Of a stretch of 64,000 bases of DNA, positions 30,680-43,264 are shown in pieces (positions within the stretch are counted from its first letter, which is position 1; each line of letters opens with the position of its first letter). The notes under the pieces are model-generated. The model ran no database searches. It had not been told where the DNA came from and worked only from the letters and a program-made list of their open reading frames with translations. Source of the stretch: an uncultured Planctomycetota bacterium (GTDB lineage: Bacteria; Planctomycetota; Planctomycetia; Isosphaerales; Isosphaeraceae); assembly GCA_963845755.1 (NCBI GenBank), contig CAWJTV010000028.1, positions 256,001 to 320,000 on the forward strand, read 5' to 3'. A program made the translations under genes and the position numbers.

Positions 30680-31834
30680 ATGAATGCCTTCGTCCGCATC
30701 ATAACCTCGGAGGGCCGCGGCGCGATCGCGGTCGTGCGCGTATGGGGAGAGCGAGCGGTTGCGGTCGTGGATGCCGTCTTCCGGCCATCGCGGGGAAACT
30801 CGCTGGCGGAAACGCCGCCAGGCCGGTTGCGGCTGGGACGATCGGGGCTCGGCCGGGGCGACGAAGTCGTCGCCGTGCGGATCCCCGCTGTGACACCGAC
30901 CGTGGAAATTCAGACTCACGGAGGGACCGCGGCTGTCCGATCGGTCGTTTCGGCCCTTGAGGCGGCGGGGGCGCTGACCTGGACCGGCAGCGAGTCGGGG
31001 TCGAAGTCGTCCGATGATCCGATCGCCGCCCAGGCCCTCGTCGACCTGCCCCAGGCGCCGACCTTGCGCACCGCAGAGATCCTGCTGGATCAGGCGCAAG
31101 GCGTTCTTCGGGGAGAGCTGGACCGGCTGCGCCTCGAAATGCAACTTGGGACAGGATCGACCCTGGCCAGACTCGACGCGCTGATCGGCCGAGCGGATGT
31201 CGGTCTGAGGCTGATCGACGGATGGAAAGTTGTCATCGCGGGCCGGCCTAATGTCGGAAAGAGCCGGTTGTTCAACGCATTGGCCGGCTTCGCGCGGGCG
31301 ATCGTTGACCCGACGCCGGGCGTGACGCGGGACATCGTGACCTTCCGAACCGCCGTGGACGGCTGGCCCGTGGAACTTGCGGACACGGCGGGACTCCGCG
31401 GGACCGATGATGCCATCGAGCGCATGGGGGTCGCGCGCGCTCGACGCCAACAACAAGAGGCGGACCTTGTCCTCCTGGTCCTCGACCGATCCGAGTCCCT
31501 CCAGCCGATGGATCGCGAGTTGATCGGATCGAACGCACGCGCCCTGTTGGTGGCGAACAAGTCCGACCTGCCCCCTGCCTGGGATTCGTCCGAGGACTGC
31601 GCGGGGTTCCCCGCCATCGCGATGGTCTCGGCCGAGTGCGGCACGGGGGTCTCGGGGTTGGTCGCCACGATCGCCGAACGGCTCGTGCCCAACCCTCCCT
31701 CTCCCGGAGAGCCCGTGCCGTTCCGAGCCGATCACCTGAGGGACCTGGAAGCGGCTCGTGCCTGTCTGTCGGCCGGGAATCGTGCCGGTGCTGAGAGTTG
31801 GCTGGCGGCGATCGGAGGCGCCGTACCGCGGTGA
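30680..31834 (+). CDS. MnmE/TrmE-like GTPase (short, lacks the C-terminal FCxGK motif)
   Basis: 'GRGAIAVVRV', 'EIQTHGG', G1 'GRPNVGKS', G2 'PGVTRD', G3 'DTAG', G4 'NKSD'. Confidence 0.85.
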   Translation: MNAFVRIITSEGRGAIAVVRVWGERAVAVVDAVFRPSRGNSLAETPPGRLRLGRSGLGRGDEVVAVRIPAVTPTVEIQTHGGTAAVRSVVSALEAAGALTWTGSESGSKSSDDPIAAQALVDLPQAPTLRTAEILLDQAQGVLRGELDRLRLEMQLGTGSTLARLDALIGRADVGLRLIDGWKVVIAGRPNVGKSRLFNALAGFARAIVDPTPGVTRDIVTFRTAVDGWPVELADTAGLRGTDDAIERMGVARARRQQQEADLVLLVLDRSESLQPMDRELIGSNARALLVANKSDLPPAWDSSEDCAGFPAIAMVSAECGTGVSGLVATIAERLVPNPPSPGEPVPFRADHLRDLEAARACLSAGNRAGAESWLAAIGGAVPR

Positions 31835-31895
31835 AAGGCATTATATTTATTAAATCTTGAACATAAGATCTTCTATCCGATTCTTTCAAATTCTC

Positions 31896-34800
31896 TCAGA
31901 GGTCGTCGTCGGGAGGCGGAGGCGGGATCCTGTTGAAGTCGGGGCCGATTTGTGCGGCGGGGCTCAGCGGCGCGAGGCGAAGATCGTCGCGATCGAGCTT
32001 CCAGGCCGCGAGCGCGGCGTCCGCCTCGTGCAGGAATTTCACGTCGCCGACCATAGGCAACTCGTCCTTGGGGAGGAAGGCCCTCGTCCAGTTCTCCCGA
32101 TCGTAGGTCCGCGGAAGACTGCCGGTCTGGACGATCTCGTCACGCCGATAGGTCTTGATCCGATGGTATGCGACCCTTCGAGCTTCCCAGCGGATCTTGT
32201 CACCGAGCGGATCGAGCTGATCCTGGCCCTCGACGCGGACCTGACCCTCGATGCGGAAGAGCGGATCATCGCCGGCGGTGGTGCTGACGATTGCGTTCTC
32301 GGCGCGGAAATTCACGGGCGCCAGCTCGGGATCGTCGGGCGTGCTTTCGAGATGGACGAGCCCTCCCTTGACCTGTGCGGTGACCTGATCGATCCGGACC
32401 TTGAGGGCGGGGGAATCGGCGGGCGGACGGCGGGGACTGCCGAGCGCGTGAAGCATGCTGCCCTCGGTGCCGAGTAGCGCGTTGGTGAGGTTCAGACTGA
32501 GCTCGCGTCCCGAGCCGACGAGGACGCCATCACCTCCGGATCGCAGGAAGCTGTCGCGGATCTGAATCACGGCGCCACGCCCGGCGGCCGGGTCGGCGGG
32601 GCCGGGCGGCTCGGAATCGGCCGGCGCTTGCAGGACGAATAACGAGGCTGACGGGCGCGGGACGGCCACCGTGAGCGTGCAGTCGGAGATCGTCAGCTCG
32701 GTACCGGGTAGCAGGCCGATTGCGGCCAGGCGATCGCCGCGGGGCGCGTCCTGATCGGTGATCACGAGGTCGAGCCCCTGAAGGAGGAGCGAACCCGAGC
32801 GGAGGTTCAGCATCACAATCCAATTGGCGGGCGACGGCGGCGGCATCTCGGGCGGGCTCAAGCGAAGACGCGGCCGGACCGTGCCCGGCACGGCGACGAA
32901 TTGGTATCCGCCCGTGCTCTCGATCGCAAGGGTGGGTAACTCGAGGTCCGCGCCGGCCGCGATTCGCAGAATCCCCCCCTGCCGTCCGAGCTGCTTCAAC
33001 CTTGAGAGCAGTTGATCGACGCTACGGATCACGTCCTCATCCGACGACCCGATTACAGCCGGACGGACCGCGGCGCCGGTCTTCTCGGCATCGACCTTCG
33101 CCGGCTCCTCGCGGGCCGGGGGCGCCGGCGCGGGCGAAGTCCCCGCTGCGACGGACCCCGTCACCTCGGATTCCGCGGGCGTGGCACCGGCCGGCGTCGC
33201 CATCGGCGGCATGGTGGGCAGGTTCATCGGATCCATCGGCGTGAGCGGGTCCGGTGTCGCGCCTCCCGGCTCCGCGGAACTGCCTGGCGACGGTTCCTCC
33301 GGAGTCGGCGAGGAGACGCGGGATGCCTCCGAACCGCCCAGCGGCTGGGCCGCGGCGAGCGCGCCGATCCGGCGCCCCGCGTCCTGCGGTTCGGCCACGT
33401 CGGAGCCGGAACGATGGGCCATCCGCACATTCTGGAGGATCGCGCCGAAGGGGCCCTGATGCGCCCCGAGATCCGTCGCCGACTTGAGCCGGGGACTCAG
33501 CAGGAAGACGCGCGTCGGGTTCTCCCGCTCTTGAGCCAGCGCTTGCAAGGGGTCCGACGACTCCCAGACCGTTGCGGTGGAGGTGTGGCTGCCGAGCTCT
33601 CGGGGCTCGGATCCGCCCTGCTCCCAGCCCGCGAAATCGGTGATCGGCGACGCCTGCGGATCCGGACCGGCCGGATCCAGGTAAGCTGCGATCCGCGAAT
33701 AGACGTTGGACCGGCCGCGCCAGGTGAGGTTCCGTGGCTCGTCGATCCTGACCAGCGTGGCCGGCAGCCGGCCCGCGGGCGCGATCACGCTGTCGTCGAC
33801 CCAGGCCCGCGCGAGGCAGCCGTCGAATCGAAAGACCGGGCCGTTTGCCGCCAGGATGCTCGAATGCCCGAGCCGGAAGTCTACCGCGACCGGCGCCGAG
33901 GATCGGGCGTTGTCGAACCAGATCGATGGGAGAGCCGGCCCCATCGTGCAGTCACGAAGCACGACGTCGGCGGGTCCTTCCGCCAGGATGGCGACCTGAC
34001 CCCCATCGAAATGACAGGAATCGGCGAACACCGCCGGCGGCCGCTCGCCGCCGCCGGTCCGCGACCGGACCGTGCGCACCCGGACGGCCGCCACGTCGCG
34101 TCCCTCGGGTTCGCTGGCATCGGTCCGACGGAACGAGCAGCCCCAGAGGGTCAACTCCACATCCTCGCCCTGGATCGCGGCGACGGCCTCTTCGGTCACG
34201 GACGCGTCGAGTTCGAATTCCAGCCCTTCGAGGCGGACATGGCCGCCGACGAAGTGGAGCAAGCTGCTCAGCGGCTGATCCGGCAGTCGAGCGTCGGGGG
34301 CGAACTTCAAGAGCGGCCGGACGCCGGCCTCGGCCTTGATCGTCAAGTCGGCGTCCGTCAGGGCGCGGGCGCCCGGCCCGACCAGGACCGCCCGCCCGAG
34401 AGTTGATACGGGCCATCATCGGCCAGCACGACGACCGACCGGCGCGGCGCCGAGGCGAGGACCGACAGGAGGTCCCCATTCGAATTGACCGGGATCGTCC
34501 GCGGGTAGACCGGTTGGGCATTCACCGGCTTCGTCTCGGCCCCGGCACGCTCCGGGGTGAGCCGGGGATCCGCCCCTTCGGCGCCGCCGGCGATCTTCAG
34601 CTCCTCCGCCTCAAAGCCCAGGGCCAGCGCCGACGTGCCGGCACGGGACAAGCTCGATGACGGCCTGGTGAACTCGTATCCCCACCAGATCACGCCCATC
34701 ACCACGATGAACCCCAATGCGGGCAGCAACCATACCAGGTGCCGCTCCCACGTCGGCCGGTGGGCGTGGAGCATCCAGTACTCCAGCTCGCGGGTGGTGC

Positions 34801-35832
34801 GCTCCAGGCCCAGGGCGCCGGCCAGGCCCAGGAGGTCGCGAACGAGCTGCTCCGGGCTCTGGTATCGCCGGTCGCGATCCTTCGCCATCAGCTTCGTGAT
34901 GACCGCCGCGAGCTCGGGCGGGACCGCCGGATTCATCGTCCGGACGTCGGCCGGCGGCTCCTCCTGATGCTGGATCAATTTCTGGAGCACCGTCCCGCCC
35001 GGAAAAGGCGGACGACCCGTGAGCATGTGAAATAGCGTACATCCTAACGAATAGAGATCACTTCGCACATCCACGTCGCGCGGGTCTCGCGCTTGCTCGG
35101 GGCTGATGTAGTCGAATGTACCCAGGGTCATCCCGCTCTGGGTCAGGCCGCGGTCGCCACCCCGCTCGAAACGGCGTGCGAGGCCCATGTCCACGAGCTT
35201 GGCGCGCCCCTGGGGCGTGATGATGATATTCGAGGGCTTGATGTCGCGGTGGACGACCCCACGCTGGGATGCATGGACCAGGGCATGAGCGATCTGGAGG
35301 GCGAAATCGACCGCCTCGGCGACCGGCAGCGGCCCGGACTCTTCCACGCGCTGACGGATCGTCGCACCCTCGATGTACTCGAAGGCGATGTGATGAAAGC
35401 AGCCGTCCTGTCCGATACTGTAGACTCGTGCAATGTTCTCGTGGTCGAGCTGGGCGGCGGATCGTCCCTCCTGGTAGAAGCGTTGGACGACTTCCCCGTC
35501 GGCAGCCTGGTCGGGAGGCAACAGTTTCAGCGCGACGTGTCGGTCGAGCTTGGTATCGAGCGCCACGAAAGACCGCACCCATCCCGCCGGCGCCGATGGC
35601 GGCCTCCAGGCAGAACTCGCCGATGAGTGCGCCGGGCAGGGGCAGCGGGATCGTCCCGGGGGCAGGCGCTACCCCGCGCCGCCTCTCGGCCGAACTGCCG
35701 GATCCCCGCAGTATGGTGAGCGAGGGATCCGCCTGAGCGGCGTTCAACGCGGTCAACCCGCGCCTCGTCCTCGCGTTCGGGAACGGGCGAAGGGCTGCCA
35801 TCGGTCGTTCTGCGCGGATCGGAGCTCAACAT
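31896..35832 (-). CDS. membrane Hanks-type Ser/Thr kinase with a large extracytoplasmic region (frameshifts ~35760, ~35572, ~34365)
   Basis: 'IGAGGMGAV', 'VALK', 'HRDIKPSN', 'DMGLAR', 'GTFDYISPEQ', 'SDLYSLG', one TM helix, then two beta-rich modules split by a Pro-rich linker. Confidence 0.87.
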
Positions 35833-36319
35833 CGAATCTTGCTCAATAGCTGGGGATCGTCCCCGGGGATCACATCCTTGCAAGCGACCAAGAGCGATAC
35901 GTCGCGAGATGAGCCGAGACAGGATTAGTGCATGCAGTTCTGCGAACCTACACACAGACTATAGATGGACCACCCTGAACTGTCAACCTCATTTACTCAG
36001 ATTATCTACACAAGCTCAAATGCGGCAACACTCTGGGAATTGCCGTCGTGTGCGGACTTTCTTTCCGAATTGAGGGACGGGCTCGACCGGGTTGCGACTG
36101 AGGTAGGGATCGGGGAGAGGAGAACTCCATGCGTGGATACGTGTCTCAAGGACCGAGTCGGCGCGAAATGGGGATCATCCCGTCGGCCGGGAAGACCGAC
36201 TTAAGCCGCTCATCCCTCATAACCGATAGAGGAACAGTCACCGTCGGGGCTTTCACCCGGTAGGACGATACCGGAGACGGGAATCGAGGCGGGTAGCCGC
36301 GAGCCGCAGGAGGTAGCAT

Positions 36320-38233
36320 ATGTGGGACCGGATTCGGATAGGTCGCTTCCAGCCGAGACAACCCGGTAACGGGATGGGTTCTCGCGCGGGGCGCCGATCG
36401 TCCCGCCAGCCGCTCTTGGAAGTTCTGGAGTGCCGACAGTTGTTGACCGGGACGGGGCCCTCTCTGGCATCCATCTCGAACCAGACCGTCCCGTCCCAGC
36501 AGGGACTGACCCTCCCGCTCGATGGGACCGGCACCACCGATCCCCAGACCTTCACGGTGACGTCCAGCAACCCCGATATTGGGGCCGCGATCGCGGATGG
36601 CCAGTTCTGGACGCTGAACGTCACCTACACCGACCCGACGAACTCCGCCAACGACTTCAGCGGTCCGCTCACGTTCCAGCTTCTGGGCGCCCCCTCCCCT
36701 GCGAGTCCAGGCCCGGGGAACCTGACGCCGAACACCGCCGGAATGATCGAACAGTTCACCAACGACGGATATTTTAATAATACCGGCAAGTTTATCACCC
36801 GGATCATCAACGGGTTCCCCGACTCGGCGAGTTTCGTGATTCAGGGTGGGGCGCCCAATGCCAACGGCACGGGCAGTAGCGGGCAGCCGAATACCCCGTT
36901 CGCGAACGAGAACGTCCAGCAGTTGGCCTTCACCGGCACGGACCAGTTGGCGATGGCCAACGCGGGCGGAACGGATAGCAACGACACCCAGTGGTTCATC
37001 ACGACCGGGACCCCCAATAGCGAGCTCGGGTACGGCTACACCATCTTCGGCCAGCTCGTGCCGAATCCTACGTCCGAAACGTCGGCGCAGGCGACCCTCA
37101 GCAGCCTCACCAAGATTCCGGTCACGACCAACTCGGGTGGTGAGGACTCACTTCCGAAATTCCCACCGACGTACTCCACGTCTCTGTCCTCGACCAATCC
37201 CAGCGGTGTCCTGATCCTCGACACCACCCAGGCCACAGCCGGCGAGACGTCCACGATCACCGTGACGGCGACGGATTCGATCACTCACACCTCCACGAGC
37301 CAGTCGTTCCAGGTCAACGTGAGTGCCTACGCGGGGTCCACCACCCTGACGACCCTCGCCTCCCTGAACTTCAGGCCCTTCGCCAATGCAACCACGGCGA
37401 CAACGTCCGTCAACTCGGCGACGACCGTCACGCTGAACGGGCAGGGCACCTTCCCGGTCTCCGGCCAGAATCAAGCCCTGAGTTATGCGCTCGTGTCCCA
37501 ACCCGCCCATGGCACGGTTACCAACTTCAACCCGACGACCGGGACCTTGACCTACACCCCCGCGCCGGGCTTCAAGGGTTCGGATACATTCCAGTACAAT
37601 GTCACTTCGAGCGGACCGAACACGTCCGAACCGTCCGCAACCAGCAATGCGGGCACGGTCACGATCGCGGTCACCTCGACACAGCCCGTGGACACGGGTG
37701 CGGTCCGCGTGGTCGGCAACACCTTGATCATCACTCCCTTGCCGCGCCCCCTGGACCACGGGACCAACTATATCGATGTGATCCAGGTCCCCAGCACGTC
37801 GACCTCCAGCACGCCGGTCCTCCAGGTCTACGTGAACAATCAGCTCGACACGACCCAACCGGCGGTGGACACCATCGACAGCATCATCGCCTTCGGTTCC
37901 AAGGCCAACGATGTCATCACCATCGACCCCACGGTGACGATCCCGTCGGTGATCGATGGCGGTCACGGGGGTGTCAACCGACTCAAGGCCGGCTCGGTCG
38001 AGACCCGCGAGCACGGCTGGTTCGGGCACACGACCTTGATCGGGGGATCGGGTCCCAACCAGCTCATCGGCCGCGCCGGCCAGGTGAAGTTCCGACCAAC
38101 GCGTTCGACGGACCTCATCTACACGGGATCGCCGAAACGCCGGACGCACTTGCTCAATCCCGTGCCACCCAGCGGCACGTTTTACATCTACAAGAAAGGC
38201 CGCCTGATTCCCGTGCCGTCGAACAAGTTGTAG
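36320..38233 (+). CDS. secreted cyclophilin-type peptidyl-prolyl isomerase with an Ig-like domain
   Basis: 'LEVLECRQLL' planctomycete extracellular motif; 'FVIQGG', 'LAMANAG', 'YTIFGQL'; 'PAHGTV...LTYTPAPGFKGSDTFQY'. Confidence 0.87.
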   Translation: MWDRIRIGRFQPRQPGNGMGSRAGRRSSRQPLLEVLECRQLLTGTGPSLASISNQTVPSQQGLTLPLDGTGTTDPQTFTVTSSNPDIGAAIADGQFWTLNVTYTDPTNSANDFSGPLTFQLLGAPSPASPGPGNLTPNTAGMIEQFTNDGYFNNTGKFITRIINGFPDSASFVIQGGAPNANGTGSSGQPNTPFANENVQQLAFTGTDQLAMANAGGTDSNDTQWFITTGTPNSELGYGYTIFGQLVPNPTSETSAQATLSSLTKIPVTTNSGGEDSLPKFPPTYSTSLSSTNPSGVLILDTTQATAGETSTITVTATDSITHTSTSQSFQVNVSAYAGSTTLTTLASLNFRPFANATTATTSVNSATTVTLNGQGTFPVSGQNQALSYALVSQPAHGTVTNFNPTTGTLTYTPAPGFKGSDTFQYNVTSSGPNTSEPSATSNAGTVTIAVTSTQPVDTGAVRVVGNTLIITPLPRPLDHGTNYIDVIQVPSTSTSSTPVLQVYVNNQLDTTQPAVDTIDSIIAFGSKANDVITIDPTVTIPSVIDGGHGGVNRLKAGSVETREHGWFGHTTLIGGSGPNQLIGRAGQVKFRPTRSTDLIYTGSPKRRTHLLNPVPPSGTFYIYKKGRLIPVPSNKL

Positions 38234-38293
38234 CATCGAGGATCGGCGACGGCGGCCGCATTCCTCATCGTCCGCCAGCGAACGGGCACCTGC

Positions 38294-40844
38294 ATGACAA
38301 CGCTTCCGATCGAGGCATGCCTACCTGCGATCCGAGAGGGACTCGCAACGGGGTCCTTGGTCGTCGTTGCGCCACCCGGCTCGGGGAAGACGACCCGGTT
38401 GCCGGCAGCCCTCCTCGACTCGGGATTGCTGCCCCCGCAGCATCCGAAAGTCCTCGTGCTCCAGCCGCGACGGATCGCGGCGTGCGCGGCCGCCGCGCGG
38501 GTTGCGGAGGAGCGGGGCTGGGCCCTCGGCGGTCCGGTGGGCTACCAGGTCCGTTTCGAGCGGAGGGTCGGCCCGGCGACCCGACTCCAGTTCGTCACGG
38601 AGGGAATCCTGACCCGGCAGCTCCTGGCCGATCCGTTCCTGGAGACCGTCGGCGCGGTGGTCCTCGACGAGTTTCACGAGCGGAGTCTACAGACGGACCT
38701 GGCGCTCGCCTTGCTGCGCGAGGTCCGGCACGACGTGAGGCCCGACCTGATCCTCCTCGTCATGTCGGCGACCCTCGACGCCGAGCCGGTGGCCCGCTTC
38801 CTGGGAAGTTGTCCGATCGTGCATGCCGAAGGGCGGTCGTATCCGGTCTCGATCGAATACTGCCCCAAAGACCGACCTGCCAGCGCCGAGGTGCTGGTTC
38901 CGCTTGTCGAGCAATGGTTGGACGAGCCCGGCGGCAGTGGTCATCTGCTGGTCTTCCTGCCCGGGATGGCGGAGATCCGGCGAGCGGCCGTTCGGTTGGG
39001 ACCGTCGGCGGAACGAGCCGGCGCGCTGGTGCTGCCACTGCACGGCTCTCTCACGTCCGACGAACAGGATCGCGCCTTACGGCCGGGTCCGCAGCGTAAG
39101 ATCATCCTGAGCACTAATGTTGCGGAGACCTCGCTCACGATCGACGGCGTGGATACGGTCATCGACAGCGGCCTGGTCCGATCCGTGCGATTCGATGCCG
39201 GCCGGGGAATCGACCGATGGCACCTGGGCCGGATCAGCCGCGCCTCGGCCGATCAACGCGCGGGACGCGCAGGACGTACGGGCCCTGGCCGTTGCATCCG
39301 CCTCTGGTCGGAGCGCGAGGAACGGGGATTGTCCGCCTTCGAGGAGCCGGAGGTCCACCGGGTCGATCTCAGCGGGACCGTGCTGGCCTTGCATTCCTGG
39401 GGCATCAACGATCCGATGAGGTTCGGTTGGTTCGACTCCCCATCGGCCGATCGGCTCGCCGCAGCCGAACGTCTCTTGGACCTGCTGGGGGCCGTCGAAG
39501 GTGATCCCGCACGGATCACCGAGTTGGGTCGCCGGATGCTCGACCTCCCGGTCCATCCCCGGCTGGCGCGGCTGATCCTGGAGACCGCCGACCGCGGCCG
39601 GCTGCGCGAGGGGGCCGCGGTCGCCGCGTTGCTCTCGGAGAAGGAAATCCTGATGCGCGAGTCCGGTTCCGCCGAGCGAGGAGCGAGAATCCGAGAGGTC
39701 GCGAGCGCTCCGTCCGACGTCCTCGTGCGGCTCGACGCGCTGGTCGAGGCGGGCTCGGCCCGTTTTTCCCCGTCCTTGCGGTCCCGGGGCATCGATCCGG
39801 CCGCCGCACGTCAGGTGGCCAGGCTCCGCGATGAGTTGGTCCGTCTGGGCCGGCGGGGCGTTCGTGGCGGTGAGTTCGACCGAGACCCATCAGACTCAAG
39901 AGGACGAGGCGATCCTCAAAGCCCTCTTGCTGGCCTATCCCGATCGCCTGGTCAAGCGGCGCGGTGCTGAGAGGACCGGAGTGATGGTCGGCGGCCGCGG
40001 GGTCCGGCTGGCGCCCGGCTCGGTCGTCCGCGATGCCGAGCTCTACCTGGCGATCGGCGCACGCGAGGACCGACGCGGCGATCAGCTCGCCGTGCACGTC
40101 GACCTGGCGAGCATCGTCCGGCGGGAATGGCTCGAGGAGCTTCACCCTCATCGCTTGAGGCGCGAGCGAGTGAGCCGCTACGACACCACGCGGAATCGAG
40201 TCATCAGCTCAACCCAGCTCTGGTTCCTGGACCTCTTGATCCGCGAGGATCTCCTCCCGGACGTGGACGACGATGAGGCCAGCAAGCTCCTGGCCGAGGC
40301 CCTGAGACCGGACTTTGCGCGCTTCTTCCGCGAGAACTCTCGGATCGCGGCCTGGCTGGCTCGCGTCGAGTTCCTCCGACAAGCCGTGCCCGAATCGAAC
40401 TGGCCGGTCTTCGACGACCTCGCCTTTGGAGACATCCTCGAGCAGATCTGCCGAGGGAAGAGCACGGTCGAGGAAGTGCGACGGGTCGACCTCCTCGCGT
40501 TCTTGCAGGGCCGGCTGGATGCAAAGCAGCTTCGCGAACTCCGCGAGAGCGCCCCGGAGTCCGTCGCGCTGCCGAGTGGACGCCGGGTCACGCTGGCCTA
40601 CGAACAGGGCCGTCCTCCCGTCCTCGCCGCCCGCCTCCAGGACCTCTTCGGCTGGACCGAGACCCCACGCCTGGCGCGGGGGCGAATCCCCGTCCTGCTG
40701 CACATCCTCGGTCCCAACCATCGACCGGTCCAGATCACCAACGATCTCCGCAGTTTCTGGACGACCACCTACCATCAGGTCCGCAAAGACCTTCGCGGCC
40801 GATATCCCAAGCACGCATGGCCTGCTGATCCTTTGAATTCCTAG
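38294..40844 (+). CDS. hrpB: ATP-dependent helicase HrpB (frameshift ~39885)
   Basis: 'GSGKTT', 'DEFHER', 'MSAT', 'TNVAETSLTI', 'QRAGRAGR', C-terminal 'RGRYPKHAWP'. Confidence 0.95.
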
Positions 40845-40996
40845 TGGTCGGTGTTCCGTCTCAGAGAATGAGTGGTATCTCCACTGAGCACGGAAAAAGT
40901 TGACGTTCCCTTACCTGGAGGGGTCCGTTAAGATCCGGCTGCCACGGAGCAAGGATGCTCGTAGCACAGTGCAGAAGGAGAAGGATTCTAGCCTTG

Positions 40997-42198
40997 ATGC
41001 ACCGTCGGCGGCGGGTCGTTTGCGCCTGGGTATTCGTCTGCGCAGGATTCTCGGGATGCGCCACCATGCGGCGCGAGGCTCCGAGCGCGGATCTTCGACC
41101 GTGCACCGACGGGTACGCCTACACGCGCGATGGGTGGCGGCTGGGCGTTCGCCATTACAAGCCGCAGCACCCGGACCCGACCAAGCTCCCGGTCATCCTA
41201 TGTCATGGGCTGGGACTGAACGCCACGTTCTGGACGATCACCGATTACCACCTTCCCTCGCAGTTGACGTCGCGGGGCTACGATGTCTACGTGTTCGACA
41301 TCCGAGGCTCCGGGGAGAACGCCCACCTGGGCCGTTGTGACCGGCTCAACCAATTGATCCGGCAGACACCGATGCGGGAGCGCGGCGAACGGAACTGGAA
41401 CGTGGACGACCTGGTTCGCTACGACGTGCCGGCGATCCTCGACTATGTCCAGCGCGAGACCGGACGGGACAAGGTCAACTGGGTCGGCCACAGCCTCGGG
41501 GGAATGCTGCTGTTTCCCTACCTGGAACTGGACCCTCATGCTGATCGCATTGCCACATTCGTGGGCATGGGGAGCACGATCATCCAGGCGGAAACGCCTC
41601 AGTGGGATATGCTTCGCGCAACCGGGCCCTGCGGCACTCGCCCTCTTCGCCAGCCCGGGACGGCTCGGACGTCCCCTGAGCTACTTCCGGCCCCCCGGGA
41701 TGGATAAGATCGATCGGTTCTATTACTCGAATGAGAATGTTGACCCGGAGACCGTATCGCGGTTCTACGGCTACACCCTGGAGGATACCGGTCCGGCGCG
41801 CCTTGCGCCAGCTCGATCCATATCTGGAATTCGGCCACATGGTTTCGGCCGACCGGAAGATCGATTATGCGAAGCTGCTGGGCCGGGTCCAGACACCGAT
41901 CCTGCTGGTTGCGTCCGAAGGCGATATCATGTCGGACGTGCCCTCGACCGAGTTGACGTATCAGGGTCTGGGCAGTCCCGACAAGGCGATCATGTTATTC
42001 GGCAAGGCGCACGGCCACGTGGCGGAGTACGGCCACTGCGACCTGGTCTGGAGCCGCCACGCGCCCCGGGAAGTCTTCCCGCCGATGATCGATTGGCTGG
42101 ATCGACACCAGGCCCTGCCGTCCGCCCAGACCGTTTCCCGGACGACCATCTCCCCGCCGATTCCCGCCAAGACGGTTCCCGCAAGTCCGCAGGAATGA
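40997..42198 (+). CDS. alpha/beta hydrolase, probable lipoprotein (frameshifts ~41625, ~41798)
   Basis: Lipobox-like 'FSGC'; 'CHGLG', nucleophile elbow 'GHSLGG', 'YGHCDL'. Confidence 0.85.
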
Positions 42199-42348
42199 GT
42201 GGATCCCGTGTTGTTGGAGTCGTGCTCGTCGAATCATGCTGGAACGCACACCGGAGTGGATTCCTGGGCGCCTCTACCGGCTGACCATTCGAGCAATAGG
42301 AAGCGATTGCCGATGCTGGGATCCTCACGGCGCGTGACGAGGTGCATT

Positions 42349-42954
42349 TCAGCGTTGACTGAGCACGGAGTCGATGCAGATCTGGGACCAGGTCTCGAAC
42401 TCGTTCCGGAGTGAGTGGATCGCACCGAGATCGAGAAACCTCGCGTCGGCCAATCCCTCCTCGCGCGGGCTGACTTCGGGGCGATCGAGGTCGTAGAGGT
42501 GGACGACGCCGAGATGCACGCGCCCGACGGGCGTGGCATCGTCATTGATCAGTCCCACGCGGCGGATCCGGCCGGGGCTCGTGATAGCGACCTCTTCCTC
42601 GAGTTCTCGCCTCATCGCGGCCTCGTAGGCGTCGAGCGTCCTGGCGCCTTGCGCATCGTCCTCGGACACATGCCCGCCCACTCCCAGCGATCGGAGCCGG
42701 TGCAATCGGGCCTCGCCTTGGCTCTTGCCACGCGTGTAACAAAATACGCTCTCCGCGCAGCGGAACACGACGTAGGGGATGATCTGTTTGAGGCTCGGAT
42801 CGTCCTCGACCTGCGAGCGGGGGCGATAGTCCATCAGCTCGGGTACGAGGAGCGATGAGAGATAACGCTCGGCCTCTGGCGAGAATCCCTGGAATCGGCC
42901 CAAACGATCGAGTTCCGAACTGGGAACGATCAGGACGCGTTCGTCGGTTTTCAC
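42349..42954 (-). CDS. NUDIX-like phosphoesterase
   Basis: 'EDDPSLKQIIPY', 'GEARL...SLGVGGH', 'RRELEEEV', 'VGRVHLG'. Confidence 0.85.
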   Translation of the reverse strand: MKTDERVLIVPSSELDRLGRFQGFSPEAERYLSSLLVPELMDYRPRSQVEDDPSLKQIIPYVVFRCAESVFCYTRGKSQGEARLHRLRSLGVGGHVSEDDAQGARTLDAYEAAMRRELEEEVAITSPGRIRRVGLINDDATPVGRVHLGVVHLYDLDRPEVSPREEGLADARFLDLGAIHSLRNEFETWSQICIDSVLSQR

Positions 42955-43264
42955 AGTGGGCCTCAATGACGGAGAGCGGCGATCTCGAGCGACTGCGTGC
43001 CAGACTCCATTATGCGCTGTGATTGCCGGTCCAGTCGGGCCCGATATTGAGTCGTAAGGCACGCCCAGCGAGAGTACGGTCGCGCCCTATTTTGCGGGAG
43101 TCCAGGCCTCAGGCGGAACCTCGAGGCGATCCGAGGACCGGCTGAAGCCAGGACTCCAAACTCGGTCCCCAGAACGGGTGGGCCCAGGACAGCCGCGCCC
43201 AGTTGGAGTTGCGCCCTCCGGCCCTTGGGGGGCGATTTGACGCACTCTCCTGTGCGGTGTTGTG

